Assembly (NCBI GenBank): GCA_963727485.1 | Contig: CAVSGM010000001.1 | Coordinates: 736,001 to 800,000, forward strand | Source: an uncultured delta proteobacterium | Lineage (GTDB): Bacteria > Myxococcota > Myxococcia > SLRQ01 | Length of the DNA stretch: 64,000 nucleotides | Direction of reading: 5' to 3' | Shown here: positions 16,258-26,619 of the stretch, piece by piece | How positions within the stretch are numbered: position 1 is the stretch's first letter | Layout: the number at the start of each line of letters is the position of its first letter | Program-made: the position numbers and the translations under genes | Notes under the pieces: model-generated | What the model was told of the DNA's origin: nothing | The model's database searches: none | What the model saw: the letters and a program-made list of their open reading frames with translations, nothing else

Positions 16258-18107
16258 CTACATCTCCGCCGGCGCCTCGATCCCCAGCAGCGCCAGCGTC
16301 GCCGCCAGGGTCTCGCGCACCTTGTCCACCAGCACCAGCCGCGCCTCCCGCAGCCCGGGCTCGGCCTTGAGCACCTGGGTGTCCGGCTTCCCGTCCGGGC
16401 CGCGGTGGTTGTAGTAGCCGTTCCACGCGGTCGCGAGGTCCAGGGCGTACTGGGCAATCACGTGGGGCGCCAGGTCCCGCGCCGCGAGCGCCCGCATGGC
16501 CCCGAACCGGTCGATGACCTGCGCCAGCCGGACCTCCAGGGGCCCCAGCGTCGAGAGGTCCGCGGCCTCCACCTGCACCCCGGCGGCCTCGGCGGCGCGG
16601 AGGATGCTCGAGGCCCGGGCGTGGGCGTACTGCACGTAGGGCGCGCTGTCCCCGGCGAGCGAGAGGGCCTGCTCCCAGCGGAAGTCGATGATCTTCTTGG
16701 CCTCGCTCTTGAGCATCCCGAAGCGCAGCGCGCCGACGCCCACCTGCCGGGCCACCTCGTCGATGGCGGCGAGCTGCGGGTTCTTCTCCTCGACCACCGC
16801 CCGGGCGCGGCGCTGCGCCTCTTCGACCACCTCGTCGATGGACAGGGTGATGCCCTTGCGGCCGCTCATCGCCTGGCCCTCGAGGGTCACCACCTCGTAG
16901 GCCAGGTGGTGGGAGTGCTCGAAGGCGGTCTTGCCCGCCTCGGTGCCCGAGAGGGCCAGGGCGGTGCGCACCAGGGTCTGGGGGTGGCTCTGGCGCACGT
17001 CGATGACGTTGATGATCTCCTGCCCGTGGGCGAAGGTCCGGCCGTCGGGGTGGGGCTCGCCCGACGGCGCCGAGCTGTAGAGCGCCTTGCCGCTCGGCTG
17101 GTCGTCGGCGAAGCGCTCGAAGGCGAGCCCCTCGAAGATCCCCGCCTTCCAGAACTGGTAGCCGATGTCCTTGGCGACGTACATGGCGTTGCCGCCCGAG
17201 CGCACCAGCACCACCGTGGGCTCCTCGAGGCCCGGGAGGATCTCCGAGACGTCCATCACCAGGGCCCCGGCGTACTTCCCCTCGGTGGGCCGCGAGACGT
17301 AGGGGCTCGCCTCGAGGACCTTCAGGCCCCGCTCCAGGAACCCGCCGCCGACCACGTCGCTCTCCCACACCAGCAGGTCGTACTCGGCGCCGAGGGCGTG
17401 GAAGGTCTGAAGCTGCGAGCGCACCACCTTCGCCACCGCGTCCCGGAGCTCCCCGCCCTCGAGCTGGTGCATCACCGACTGGACGCCGGCCTCGATGCGC
17501 TCCTCGTCCGTCTCGCGGGCCTGGCCGAGGCGCACGTAGAGCTCGCCGAGCCAGTGGTCGTACTTGGGCGTCCCCGGGTACTCGGCCTCGAAGTACCGGG
17601 CGGCGTAGAGGCTCTCGGCGGCCTGGCGACCGGTGTCGTCGATGTAGTTCTGGACCTCGACGTCGTGGCCGGCGGCCCGGAGGATCCGCGCCACCGCGTC
17701 CCCGAGGACGATGTTGCGCAGGTGGCCGACGTGGGCCTCCTTGTTGGGGTTCACCGAGGTGTGCTCGACCACCACCTTGAGGCGCTCGGCGGCCGGCTGC
17801 GGGTCGGCCCGATCACCCCGCCCACGTAGGCGCCCGGGTCCACGTGGAAGTTGAGGTAGGGGCCCACCGCGTCGGCCCGGGCGATGCCCTGGGGCAGCCC
17901 GGCGGCGTTCAGGGCCTCGAGGAGCGCCTGGGCGATCTGCACCGGCGGCCGGCGCAGGACCTTGGCGAGGCTGAAGGCCACCGGGGTCCCGAAGTCCCCG
18001 GGCTTGCCCGGGGGCACCTCCTGGACCTGGACCTGGACGTCCTCGACCCCCAGGGTCTTGAGGGCGGCGGTGACGGCGTGCTCGAGCTGCGGGAGGAGGT
18101 CGGCCAT
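16258..18107 (-). CDS. argS: Arginine--tRNA ligase (Thermus/Deinococcus-like); one frameshift near 17775-17810
   Basis: N-terminal domain GDFGTPVAFSLAK; VEHTSVNPNKEAHVGHLRN; MSGRKG; PYVQYAHARASSIL; LLGIEAPAEM. Confidence 0.95.
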
Positions 18108-18257
18108 GGGCCAGCGCTATACCACAGGGGGCCCGGGAGGCTGGAACGCCCCGTGCAGAGCTCCCCGTCCATCATGGCTCGACCGCTGCCGACCCCCCTC
18201 GCGACGGGCCGTTACGGCCCCACCGCCCGGCGCCACCGTGGCGCTTCGGGCACGGGT

Positions 18258-18932
18258 GTGACCCTGGGACGACACCTCGCCGTCCTGGCGGTGGTGCTCG
18301 TGGCCGCCTTCGCCAGCCGCCCGGCCCGGGCCGACGGCGAGGCCGCCGACGCCTGCGGCACCCTCCTCCAGCTCCTCTACTGGCTCCCGCCGCCGACCAC
18401 CGAGCGGTCGCTGGCCCTGGAGGTCCTCGCCGACAGCGAGTGGGAGTCCGGCACCGGCACCATCCTCACCAGCGGCAACCCCGCGCCCCGCCTGGGCACC
18501 GAGCTGCGCCTGGTCATCGGCATCCCCCACACCGGCTACGAGCTCCTCCTCGACGGGGGCTGGACCGCGCCCGTTCTCGGCAGCCGCGGCGCCTACCGGG
18601 CCGGCTTCGGCTTCGACGCCAGCTGGGACCTGGGGGGGCCGGCGTTCTACCTCCTCGCCACCGACGGCGCCTACGCCACCGCCGACGGCATCCCCGGGGG
18701 CGTGGCGGTGCTCCCCGAGTGGCGCTTCGGCATGGGCTTCCGGATCCCCGCCTTCGGCGGCGCCATCGTCGCCGAGGGCGATCTCTCGGCGCTCGGGTGG
18801 CTCGGCGAGGCCGGCGGGCCCATCGTCGGCCTCCGCCTCGGCTACTCGTTCGGGGGCAGTGGGGCCGCGCCGCTGCCGCCCTGCGTGGGGCCCGACGGGC
18901 TCCCCCACGGCGGCCCCTGCCGCGCCCACTGA
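18258..18932 (+). CDS. Secreted hypothetical protein, possible small outer-membrane beta-barrel
   Basis: Signal peptide ending ARA-D; alternating hydrophobic strands ending GLRLGYSF; alternative ATG at 18174. Confidence 0.55.
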   Translation: MTLGRHLAVLAVVLVAAFASRPARADGEAADACGTLLQLLYWLPPPTTERSLALEVLADSEWESGTGTILTSGNPAPRLGTELRLVIGIPHTGYELLLDGGWTAPVLGSRGAYRAGFGFDASWDLGGPAFYLLATDGAYATADGIPGGVAVLPEWRFGMGFRIPAFGGAIVAEGDLSALGWLGEAGGPIVGLRLGYSFGGSGAAPLPPCVGPDGLPHGGPCRAH

Positions 18933-18960
18933 ACCTGCGCCCGGGCGCCCGCCGGCCTGC

Positions 18961-19194
18961 CTAGGCGCCGGCCTTGTCGTGCCCGGTGACGTGGTAGCCC
19001 TTGGCCTCCACGGCCTGGGCCATCGCCGCCGGATCGACCTCGCCCTCGGTGACCACCTTGGCCTGGCCGCCCTCGTGGGAGGCGTGGCTCTCGACGACCC
19101 CGGGGAGGCCGGTGAGGGCCTTGTCCACGGTCATCTCGCAGTGGTGACAGGTCATCCCCTCGATGGTGAGGGTCCACTCGGTACGCGTGCTCAT
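18961..19194 (-). CDS. Heavy-metal-associated (HMA) chaperone, CopZ-like
   Basis: IEGMTCHHC; AVEAKGY; AAGGAG ribosome-binding site upstream. Confidence 0.9.
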   Translation of the reverse strand: MSTRTEWTLTIEGMTCHHCEMTVDKALTGLPGVVESHASHEGGQAKVVTEGEVDPAAMAQAVEAKGYHVTGHDKAGA

Positions 19195-19295
19195 GGGGGG
19201 TGTCTCCTTCAGCGGGCAAGCATGGGTCCCGATGGGGTCCCAATCAACCCCGCGGCGCCGGCGGCCGGCCGCAGGCGACCGGGCGGCGCCGGGGT

Positions 19296-20315
19296 TCAGC
19301 TCCCGGTGCCGAGCACCGACCCCAGGTCCCCGGCCACCTCGGCGCCGCCCCGCACCGCCACCAGCCCCCGGGTGGCCGTGGCGCGCACGTAGTAGTCCGG
19401 CTGCCCCTTCACCTCGGGGCCCCGGAGCAGGGTCACGGTGGCCTTCGCCGGCCCGTCGGCCCCCGGCGCCGCCTCGAAGACCACCGTCGCCACCGGGTCC
19501 AGGACCTTGGGGGTCTCGGCCTGGGTGAGGTAGTGGCTCGCCCGGAGCCGGAAGACCTTCTGCAGCCAGTTCCCGTAGACCGCGACCTTCTTCTTGGGCG
19601 CGTCGGGGCGGGCCCAGAAGCTCTTGAACCGCTGCGCCCGGTCCGTCTGCACCATGGACACGGTCTTGTCGCCCGCCTTGACCGTGACCTTGGCGATGTC
19701 CGGCTGGGCCAGGCCCACCACGTCCCGGGCCATGAGCTCGACCGGCGCCGAGGAGAGCAGCCGGAAGGGCATCCCCGCGACCAGGTAGACGTCGTGGCCG
19801 CCCTGGCGCACCAGGTACCGGCGCACGCTCCCGTAGCTGGCGCCGCCCACCAGGAAGTGCCAGCTGCAATCGCCCCGGGAGAGGGTGAGCCGGCCCTCGG
19901 GCGGATCGAGGCCCAGGTCCTTCTGGTGGCCGGCGGCCTTCCCCTCGAGGACCCGGTAGGCCTTCAGGGGCGCCAGGGAGGTGATCACGTTGTGGAGCAT
20001 CCGCCCGCCGACGAAGGTCTGCTTCTTCCCCTCGGTCTCGGTCTCGACCTTCCAGTAGTGGCCGGCGGCGTCGGTGGCCGCGGTGAGGGTCACCGTGGTC
20101 TTCACCTTCCTGGTCGTCGGCTTCTTCCCGGCGGGGGCCGGCACCATCTCCTGGTGGGTGCGGGTGTAGACCACCCGGGTGACGTCCGCGGGCTTCACCG
20201 AGACGATCTCGGTCTCGGTGGCCGCCGCCGACACCGGCGGGTGCTGCCAGGTGACGTAGGAGAGCACCAGGGCCACGGCCAGCAGGCCCGAGAGTGTCCA
20301 TGCCGTGCGGCTCAT
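19296..20315 (-). CDS. DUF4340-like periplasmic protein
   Basis: N-terminal TM, LGLDPP motif, last gene of the Gld-like ABC operon, ATGA overlap. Confidence 0.65.
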   Translation of the reverse strand: MSRTAWTLSGLLAVALVLSYVTWQHPPVSAAATETEIVSVKPADVTRVVYTRTHQEMVPAPAGKKPTTRKVKTTVTLTAATDAAGHYWKVETETEGKKQTFVGGRMLHNVITSLAPLKAYRVLEGKAAGHQKDLGLDPPEGRLTLSRGDCSWHFLVGGASYGSVRRYLVRQGGHDVYLVAGMPFRLLSSAPVELMARDVVGLAQPDIAKVTVKAGDKTVSMVQTDRAQRFKSFWARPDAPKKKVAVYGNWLQKVFRLRASHYLTQAETPKVLDPVATVVFEAAPGADGPAKATVTLLRGPEVKGQPDYYVRATATRGLVAVRGGAEVAGDLGSVLGTGS

Positions 20316-22090
20316 GCCGACCGCCTCCTTCGCGACACGCGGAACAGCCCCACCCCCAGGATCAGGAGGGGCACCACGAAGACCGTGCCGTAGAACCAGA
20401 CCTTGTCCCGGGTGCCGGAGAGGCGGATCCGCACGTCCTGCTCGCTCTCCACGGTGCCGGCCAGGGCGTCGTCCCCGGCGAGCCACCGGAAGGTGTCCAT
20501 GGCGTACTGGTAGTTGGCGCGGTTGCGGAGGACCGCGTCGGAGAGGGCCGCCGAGCTGGCCAGCACCGCCACCCGCGCCGGGGTCTTCCCCTCGCCGGCG
20601 CCGGCGAGCGCCAGGGAGAAGGTCTGGCGCTTCTCACCGGGGTCGAAGGCGTTGTTCCCGTTGGCGTCGGCCCAGGTCCCGGGCATCGACCGCACCGTGG
20701 GGTCGAGGTGGAGGTGGCCCTTCCGGGGCTCGAGCCACCCGGCGTAGGGCGTGATCATCACCAGCCGGAAGGACAGGCGCGAGAGGGTCGTCATCGACGC
20801 CTGGGTCCCATAGCGGTTGGTGAGCATCAGGGCGAAGTCCGCCGGGGTGTGGGTGCGGCGGATGAACGCCTTCTCGTTGTGGAGGACGTCGGCGTGGAAG
20901 GTCACCCCGGCCACCGCGTCCAGGGCCGGGTCCACATGGGCGGTGGGATCGAGCATCAGCATCAGGTGGCCCCCGCCGTCGACGTAGCGCTCGAGCGCCG
21001 CGATCTCCTCGGGGAGGAACGCCCGGGTGGGTCCGTCGACGACCACCACCGCGGCGTCGCGGGGGATCTGGTTGCCGAGGCCCTCGTTCACCGAGAGGGT
21101 CTTCACCGTGTAGTTCAGGGCCTCGAGGACCTGCTTGAGCTCGGATATCTTCCGCAGGGGCGAGGCCGTGCCGGTCCACTGGAGCTCGCCGTGGCCCACG
21201 GTGAAGTAGACCACCCGGGCCTCGCGGGTCAGGCGCAGCAGCCGCGTCTGCACCGTCTTGTCGAGCTTCTCCAGCATGCTCCGGGCGCCGTCGAGGTCGG
21301 TGCCGGTGTCGATGCGCTCGACCTTGGTCCCCTCCACCAACGCCACCACCCCGTTGGACGAGACCTTGAGGCGCTTGGAGAGGGCGGGGTCGAGGTCGTG
21401 GTCGGCACGCTCGACGGTGAAGGTCTTGGCCTTGGCCGCCAGCGCCTGGAAGTAGGGCTCGAGGCGCGCCTCGACGTCGCTGGCCGGCGGGTAGAAGAGC
21501 ACCGCCTTCACCGGGTGGTCGAGGCTCTCCACCAGGGCCTGGGTGGAGGTGCCGGGGCTGGTGGTCTTGAGGTAGCGCAGGTCGAAGTGATGGAAGTGCT
21601 TCGCCGCCAGGTAGTTCACCGGGAACGCCAGGCACAGCGCCAGCGCCAGGACCACCCCGGCGTTCTGGGCGTGGGCGGCGCGCCTGGGCTGCATCACCAC
21701 CGGGGACTCGCGGGTCGCCCGGTCGAGGAGGAGCATGGGCACCGTGCCCAGGAGGAACACGATGGGCCACAGGACGCCGAGGACGGTGGTGTAGCGCGTG
21801 GCGGCGGCGTCGGAGAGGTGGAGGGCGTCGGCGACGCCGGGGAGCGACAGGCCGTAGAGCACCAGGCTGGCGCGGCCCACCACCGCGAAGCCCAGGGCCC
21901 GGCGCCGGGCGCCCCGGGCCGCGCCCTCGGCGCCGCGGAGGTCGCGGTAGCGCAGCCACAGGGAGAAGATCAGCAGCGCCAGGGCCGCCGCGTCCACGCC
22001 GAGGCGCGCGCCGGTGACGTCGCCGAGGAGGCGCTCGCCCACGAAGAAGAGCGCCATGCCCAGGAGGTAGAGGATCGCCGGGATGCTCAT
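20312..22090 (-). CDS. GldG-like ABC transporter auxiliary component
   Basis: N-terminal TMs; VVYFTVGHGE; GPTRAFLPEE...YVDGGGHLMLMLDP; C-terminal TM followed by RRRR. Confidence 0.8.
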   Translation of the reverse strand: MSIPAILYLLGMALFFVGERLLGDVTGARLGVDAAALALLIFSLWLRYRDLRGAEGAARGARRRALGFAVVGRASLVLYGLSLPGVADALHLSDAAATRYTTVLGVLWPIVFLLGTVPMLLLDRATRESPVVMQPRRAAHAQNAGVVLALALCLAFPVNYLAAKHFHHFDLRYLKTTSPGTSTQALVESLDHPVKAVLFYPPASDVEARLEPYFQALAAKAKTFTVERADHDLDPALSKRLKVSSNGVVALVEGTKVERIDTGTDLDGARSMLEKLDKTVQTRLLRLTREARVVYFTVGHGELQWTGTASPLRKISELKQVLEALNYTVKTLSVNEGLGNQIPRDAAVVVVDGPTRAFLPEEIAALERYVDGGGHLMLMLDPTAHVDPALDAVAGVTFHADVLHNEKAFIRRTHTPADFALMLTNRYGTQASMTTLSRLSFRLVMITPYAGWLEPRKGHLHLDPTVRSMPGTWADANGNNAFDPGEKRQTFSLALAGAGEGKTPARVAVLASSAALSDAVLRNRANYQYAMDTFRWLAGDDALAGTVESEQDVRIRLSGTRDKVWFYGTVFVVPLLILGVGLFRVSRRRRSA

Positions 22091-22824
22091 CGCCGCCGCC
22101 TCCACGCCAGCACCTGGGTGGTGCCGAAGAGCCCGAGGGCGGTGACCGTGGCGTAGAAGACCAGCGACTCGGTCTCCACGTGGCCGCTCATGAACGGCTT
22201 GAAGTGCCGGTCCCAGAAGCTCACGTACTCGAAGATGGAGGAGAAGGGCGCCTCGGTCACCCGGGCCAGCATCCACATGAGGAGCAGCGCCACCACCAGC
22301 GCCCCGCCGAGGACCCCGGCGACCACCTGGCTCTTGGTGAGGGCCGAGGCGAAGGCGCCCAGGGCCAGCGCCGCGGCGCCCAGCGAGAGCAGCCCCAGGT
22401 ACCCGGCGCAGATCTGCCCGAAGCTCACCTTCCCCAGGAGGAGGACGAGCGCCGGCATGTAGGCGGTGAGCAGCACCATCACCACCAGGAAGGCGAAGGC
22501 CGAGAGGAACTTGCCCACCACCACCGCGCCCTCGGTCAGCGGCGCGCCGTCGAGGAGGGTCATGGTCCCGGTCTGCCGCTCCTCGGCGAAGAGGCGGATG
22601 GTGAGGAGCACCGCGGCGATCATGGTGACGCCCGAGGAGTAGTTGAAGAAGTCGTGGAGCACCTGGCTGGAGAGCTTGGGCGCCGACCCCATGGCGAAGG
22701 CGTTGAAGAACACCCCGTCGATGAGCAGCAGCACCGAGACCACCACGTAGCCCCAGATGGTGTTGAAGTACGCTCCCAGCTCCCGGCGGGCGATGAGGAG
22801 CGTTCCGGAGAGGGTCTCGGCCAT
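22087..22824 (-). CDS. ABC-2 permease (GldF-like)
   Basis: IARRELGAYF, RLFAEERQTGT, VVGKFL, SALTKSQVVA. Confidence 0.9.
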   Translation of the reverse strand: MAETLSGTLLIARRELGAYFNTIWGYVVVSVLLLIDGVFFNAFAMGSAPKLSSQVLHDFFNYSSGVTMIAAVLLTIRLFAEERQTGTMTLLDGAPLTEGAVVVGKFLSAFAFLVVMVLLTAYMPALVLLLGKVSFGQICAGYLGLLSLGAAALALGAFASALTKSQVVAGVLGGALVVALLLMWMLARVTEAPFSSIFEYVSFWDRHFKPFMSGHVETESLVFYATVTALGLFGTTQVLAWRRRR

Positions 22825-23783
22825 CAGGCGGCCTCCTTCTGGGGCGGGGTCTTGCTGCGGGTGAGGTCGAGGAAGACCTGCTCCAGCTCCCCGGCCTCCT
22901 CGGCGACCCGGCGCACCCCGAAGCCGGCGCCCACCAGGGCAGAGACCAGGGCCTCGACGTCGTCGCCCTCGAGGGTGACCCGGGCCTCCAGGCGGCCGTG
23001 GCCGGCGTCCGTGATCCGGTGGGCGCTGACGTCCGAGCGGTCCTGGAGGAACGACTCGAGCCCGGCCTCGGCGCCCCTTACCACCAGGGCGAGGCGGCGG
23101 TTGGCGCCGAGGCGCTCGGTGAGGGCGTCCTCGCTCCCCTCGGCGACCACCCGGCCGTCGTGGATGAGGAGGATGCAATCGCAGGTCTGGGAGATCTCCG
23201 AGAGGATGTGGCTCGACACCAGCACCGTGTGCTTGCCCCGGAGCCCGTCGATGGTCCGGCGCATGTCCACGATCTGCCGGGGGTCGAGGCCGCTGATGGG
23301 CTCGTCGAGGATCACCAGATCGGGGTCGTGGAGGATCGCCTGGGCGATGCCCACCCGCTTCTTGTAGCCGTGGGAGAGCTCGTCGATGACCCGCAGCCTC
23401 GTCTCGGCGTCGAGGCCGGTGGCGTCGCAGACCTCGGGGACGCGCCTCTCCACCTCGGCGGGGCGCATGCCCTTGAGGCGTCCGGTGAAGCGCAGGTAGT
23501 CGGCGACCCGCATCTCCCGGTAGAGCGGCGGCTCCTCGGGGAGGAAGCCGACCTTCCGGCGGGCGGCGGCGGGGGCCTCGAGGACGTCGACGCCCCCGAC
23601 CTTCACCGTGCCCGCCGAGGGCATGAGGAGCCCGGCGAGGATGCGCAGGAGGGTGGACTTCCCGGCGCCATTGAGGCCCAGGATGCCCACGATCTCTCCG
23701 CGTTCGATGGAGAAACCCACTCCGTCCAGCGCTCGACGCCGGCCGTAGTAGCGCACCAGGGAAGCCGCTTCGACCATGGCCAT
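22824..23783 (-). CDS. ABC transporter ATP-binding protein (GldA-like)
   Basis: GLNGAGKST, LSHGYKKRV, ILDEP, SSHIL. Confidence 0.95.
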   Translation of the reverse strand: MAMVEAASLVRYYGRRRALDGVGFSIERGEIVGILGLNGAGKSTLLRILAGLLMPSAGTVKVGGVDVLEAPAAARRKVGFLPEEPPLYREMRVADYLRFTGRLKGMRPAEVERRVPEVCDATGLDAETRLRVIDELSHGYKKRVGIAQAILHDPDLVILDEPISGLDPRQIVDMRRTIDGLRGKHTVLVSSHILSEISQTCDCILLIHDGRVVAEGSEDALTERLGANRRLALVVRGAEAGLESFLQDRSDVSAHRITDAGHGRLEARVTLEGDDVEALVSALVGAGFGVRRVAEEAGELEQVFLDLTRSKTPPQKEAA

Positions 23784-23914
23784 GGTCGCGAATCGAAGGG
23801 CGAATCCGAGGCGCCGTCAAGCCCTTCTCGGCGATTTCTGCGTCACCGGCAGAAAGTGCCCCCGGCTCGGAATTTCACGGCCGGGAACCCGGTTGGACCG
23901 GGATTTGCGCGCCG

Positions 23915-25420
23915 TCAGCCCTGGGGCATGGGCTCGAGCTCGACGGCCTGGCTGCCGCCGCCGGAGACCAGCGCCACGGTGAGATCGAAGTCCTGGCCCA
24001 GGCGCATCTCCAGCTCCACCGGCCCGGGGTTGGCGGCGAGCCACGCCGGGTCGACCTTCACCATCCCCAAGAGCTCCCGGTCGATGCTGGTGGGATCGAT
24101 GGCCTCGTAGACCGCCACCGCCAGGGGCTGTCCCGGAGGCGGCCTGGGATCGAGGGCGATCCGGGCGGTGTGGGGCACCGCGGTGTTCAGGGGGATGACC
24201 TCGCGGCTGCCGACGCCGGGCATCATGATCCCGATGGGCAGGGGGATGACGTCGACCAGCCCCGGGCCCCGGGGGAGGTTCAGGGTGCGGCCGAGGATGG
24301 CGGCGCCGATGGCGACCCCGAGCTCCGGGTGGAGGTGCTTGCGCGGGTCGGAGCGGAAGCGCACCCCGAAGCGGCGCTGGATCGCCGGCATCCGCGTCTG
24401 GCCGCCGACGAAGACGATCTCGGCGACCTGGTCGGCGTTGACCCCGGCGCGGGTCAGGGTGTCGTCGACGATGCCCCCGAGGCGGGCGAGGAGCCCCTCG
24501 GAGATCTGCTCCAGCTCGGCGACCGAGAGGGTGTAGTCGAGGTCGATGAACGACGGCCCCTGCTGGGCCACGAAGGGGACCTTGATCCGGGCCTCGCCCT
24601 CCTTGGAGAGGGCGATCTTGGCGGCCTCGGCGGCGAGCATCAGCCGCTGCATCACCACCTTCTTGCTCCGCAGGTCCACCGCCTGCTCGATGGCGAAGCG
24701 CTCCACCAGGGCGTCGACGATGGCCGAGTCGAAGTCGATGCCCCCGAGGAAGGCGTCGCCCCCGGTCCCCAGCACCCGGACCTCGCGGCGGTCGATCTGG
24801 AGGAGGGTGGCGTCGAAGGTGCCGCCGCCGAGGTCGAAGACCAGCACCCGGCCCCCGGCGTCCTTGTGCTTGGCGTAGTAGAGGGCGGCGGCGGTGGGCT
24901 CGTTGACCATCGCCCGGACCTCGAGGCCGGCCATCTCCGCGGCGGTGCGCACCGCCTTGCGCTGCCCATAGCTGAAGTGGGCGGGGACGGTGAGGACCGT
25001 CTCGTCGAACTCGGTGCCCGCGGCGCCGTTGGCGAGCTCCACGATCCGCCGCACCATCTGGAAGGCGACCTCGGTCATGGAGGTCTTCTCGCCGTAGAGG
25101 TCCACCGCCACCCCGCCGGTGTCGTCCTCCACCAGGGGGTAGACGAAGCGGTCGTGGTTGCGGGTGACGAACTCGGAGCGGAACCGCCGGCCGAGGAAGC
25201 GCTTGGCGCTGTAGACCGTGTGGTCCGGGTCGTCGATGATCTGCTGGCGGGCCACGTGGCCCACGAGGATCCGGTCCTTGCCGCCGTACCAGACCACCGA
25301 GGGCAGGGTGTAGGTCTTGTCCGTCACCGGGACCAGGTGGATCTTGCCGCCGGCGTCGCACCAGGCGGCGGCGGTGTTGGTGGTGCCGAAGTCGATGCCG
25401 AGGACGGGCCGGGATGCCAT
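23915..25420 (-). CDS. Hsp70-family protein with shortened C-terminus
   Basis: GIDFGTTNT, TVPAHF, NEPTAAAL, FDLGGGTFD, LGGIDFD, VGGQTRMP; about 500 aa, no lid. Confidence 0.9.
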   Translation of the reverse strand: MASRPVLGIDFGTTNTAAAWCDAGGKIHLVPVTDKTYTLPSVVWYGGKDRILVGHVARQQIIDDPDHTVYSAKRFLGRRFRSEFVTRNHDRFVYPLVEDDTGGVAVDLYGEKTSMTEVAFQMVRRIVELANGAAGTEFDETVLTVPAHFSYGQRKAVRTAAEMAGLEVRAMVNEPTAAALYYAKHKDAGGRVLVFDLGGGTFDATLLQIDRREVRVLGTGGDAFLGGIDFDSAIVDALVERFAIEQAVDLRSKKVVMQRLMLAAEAAKIALSKEGEARIKVPFVAQQGPSFIDLDYTLSVAELEQISEGLLARLGGIVDDTLTRAGVNADQVAEIVFVGGQTRMPAIQRRFGVRFRSDPRKHLHPELGVAIGAAILGRTLNLPRGPGLVDVIPLPIGIMMPGVGSREVIPLNTAVPHTARIALDPRPPPGQPLAVAVYEAIDPTSIDRELLGMVKVDPAWLAANPGPVELEMRLGQDFDLTVALVSGGGSQAVELEPMPQG

Positions 25421-25604
25421 GGCGGCATTCTGTCGAGGATCGCGTCCCAGGTCGACCCCCGGGCCGGGTAGGGAAACGTAAGACCGGGAAAATAAGGTAG
25501 AAATCAAGAAGTCGCCCCCGGGGCTTTCAGCTTTGACGGGCGGCGGTGTCCATAGGTGCAGGAGGGGGCCGAGCCCCCGTCACCCACGCACGGAGGAGAC
25601 CGTC

Positions 25605-26600
25605 ATGAACCGCCTCATCGCCCCCGCACTCTGCCTCGCCCTCGCCACCGGCTGTGGTGCCGCCGGCGCCGACGCCTTCCGCACCGGCGTTCCCACCACC
25701 AGCAACGTGAACCTCAGCCTGCCGGGCCAGGCCGGCCAGCCCCTCACCGGGGACACCGGCTCCATGTCCGACCCGCTCCAGGGCCAGACCTCGAACTTCT
25801 ACCGCCTCACCCGGGACGTCACCGGCACGGTCAACGGTGGGGTGGTGCTCATCCTCGGCACCGTCCGCGCCGTCACCCGGATCCGGCCGACGTCCCTCTC
25901 GGGCCAGACGGCGGTCTGGGGCCCCTACACCCCCGACCTCTCGCCCATCACCTGGAAGCTCACGGTGACCCACACCGAGGGCCAGACCTACACCTACACC
26001 CTCGAGGGCAAGGCCAAGGGCGATCCCGACACCGCCTACCAGGTGGTCCTCTCCGGGACCCACACCCGGGCCGTGGACGCCAAGGGCAACGCCATCGCCG
26101 ACTACGGCCAGGGCACCTTCCTCCTCGACTGGGACGCCCGGGCCAAGCTCCCCGACGCCAAGGCGAACCTCACCGGCACCGCCGAGGTCGACTACGCCCG
26201 CCCGGCGCCCGGCCAGGACGCCACCATCGACGTGAGCTTCACCGGCGCCACCGACGCCCGGTCCGGGCGCAAGCTGAACGCCAAGTACACCTACCAGCAC
26301 ACCCCCAACGTGGGCGGCAAGTTCACCTTCGTCGCCGACTCGGACGTCGACGGCGACGGCACCAACGAGACCCTGGCCATCGAGAGCCGGTGGCAGCACT
26401 CGGGCACCGGCCGCTCGGACGTGAAGGCCACCGGTGGGGACATGGCTTCCGGCGGCGCGACCATCAACGAGTGCTGGGACGACAACTTCGCCAGCACCTT
26501 CATGGCCGCCTCGTTCTCCACCAATCCCAAGTACAACTACGGCGACGAGGCCAGCGGCTGCGCCTTCGCCAGCGCCGAGTACGCCCCGGCCCAGCCCTAG
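25605..26600 (+). CDS. Beta-rich lipoprotein (paralog A)
   Basis: GGAGGAG RBS; lipobox LATGC; WGP, GQGT, ECWD motifs. Confidence 0.8.
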   Translation: MNRLIAPALCLALATGCGAAGADAFRTGVPTTSNVNLSLPGQAGQPLTGDTGSMSDPLQGQTSNFYRLTRDVTGTVNGGVVLILGTVRAVTRIRPTSLSGQTAVWGPYTPDLSPITWKLTVTHTEGQTYTYTLEGKAKGDPDTAYQVVLSGTHTRAVDAKGNAIADYGQGTFLLDWDARAKLPDAKANLTGTAEVDYARPAPGQDATIDVSFTGATDARSGRKLNAKYTYQHTPNVGGKFTFVADSDVDGDGTNETLAIESRWQHSGTGRSDVKATGGDMASGGATINECWDDNFASTFMAASFSTNPKYNYGDEASGCAFASAEYAPAQP

Positions 26601-26619
26601 CCACCCCGACGCCCGTGCC

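Noticed and set aside
17751..17810. argS as a pseudogene or programmed frameshift
   Set aside because: The enzyme is essential with both halves intact, there is no obvious slippery heptamer, and similar single indels occur across the window.
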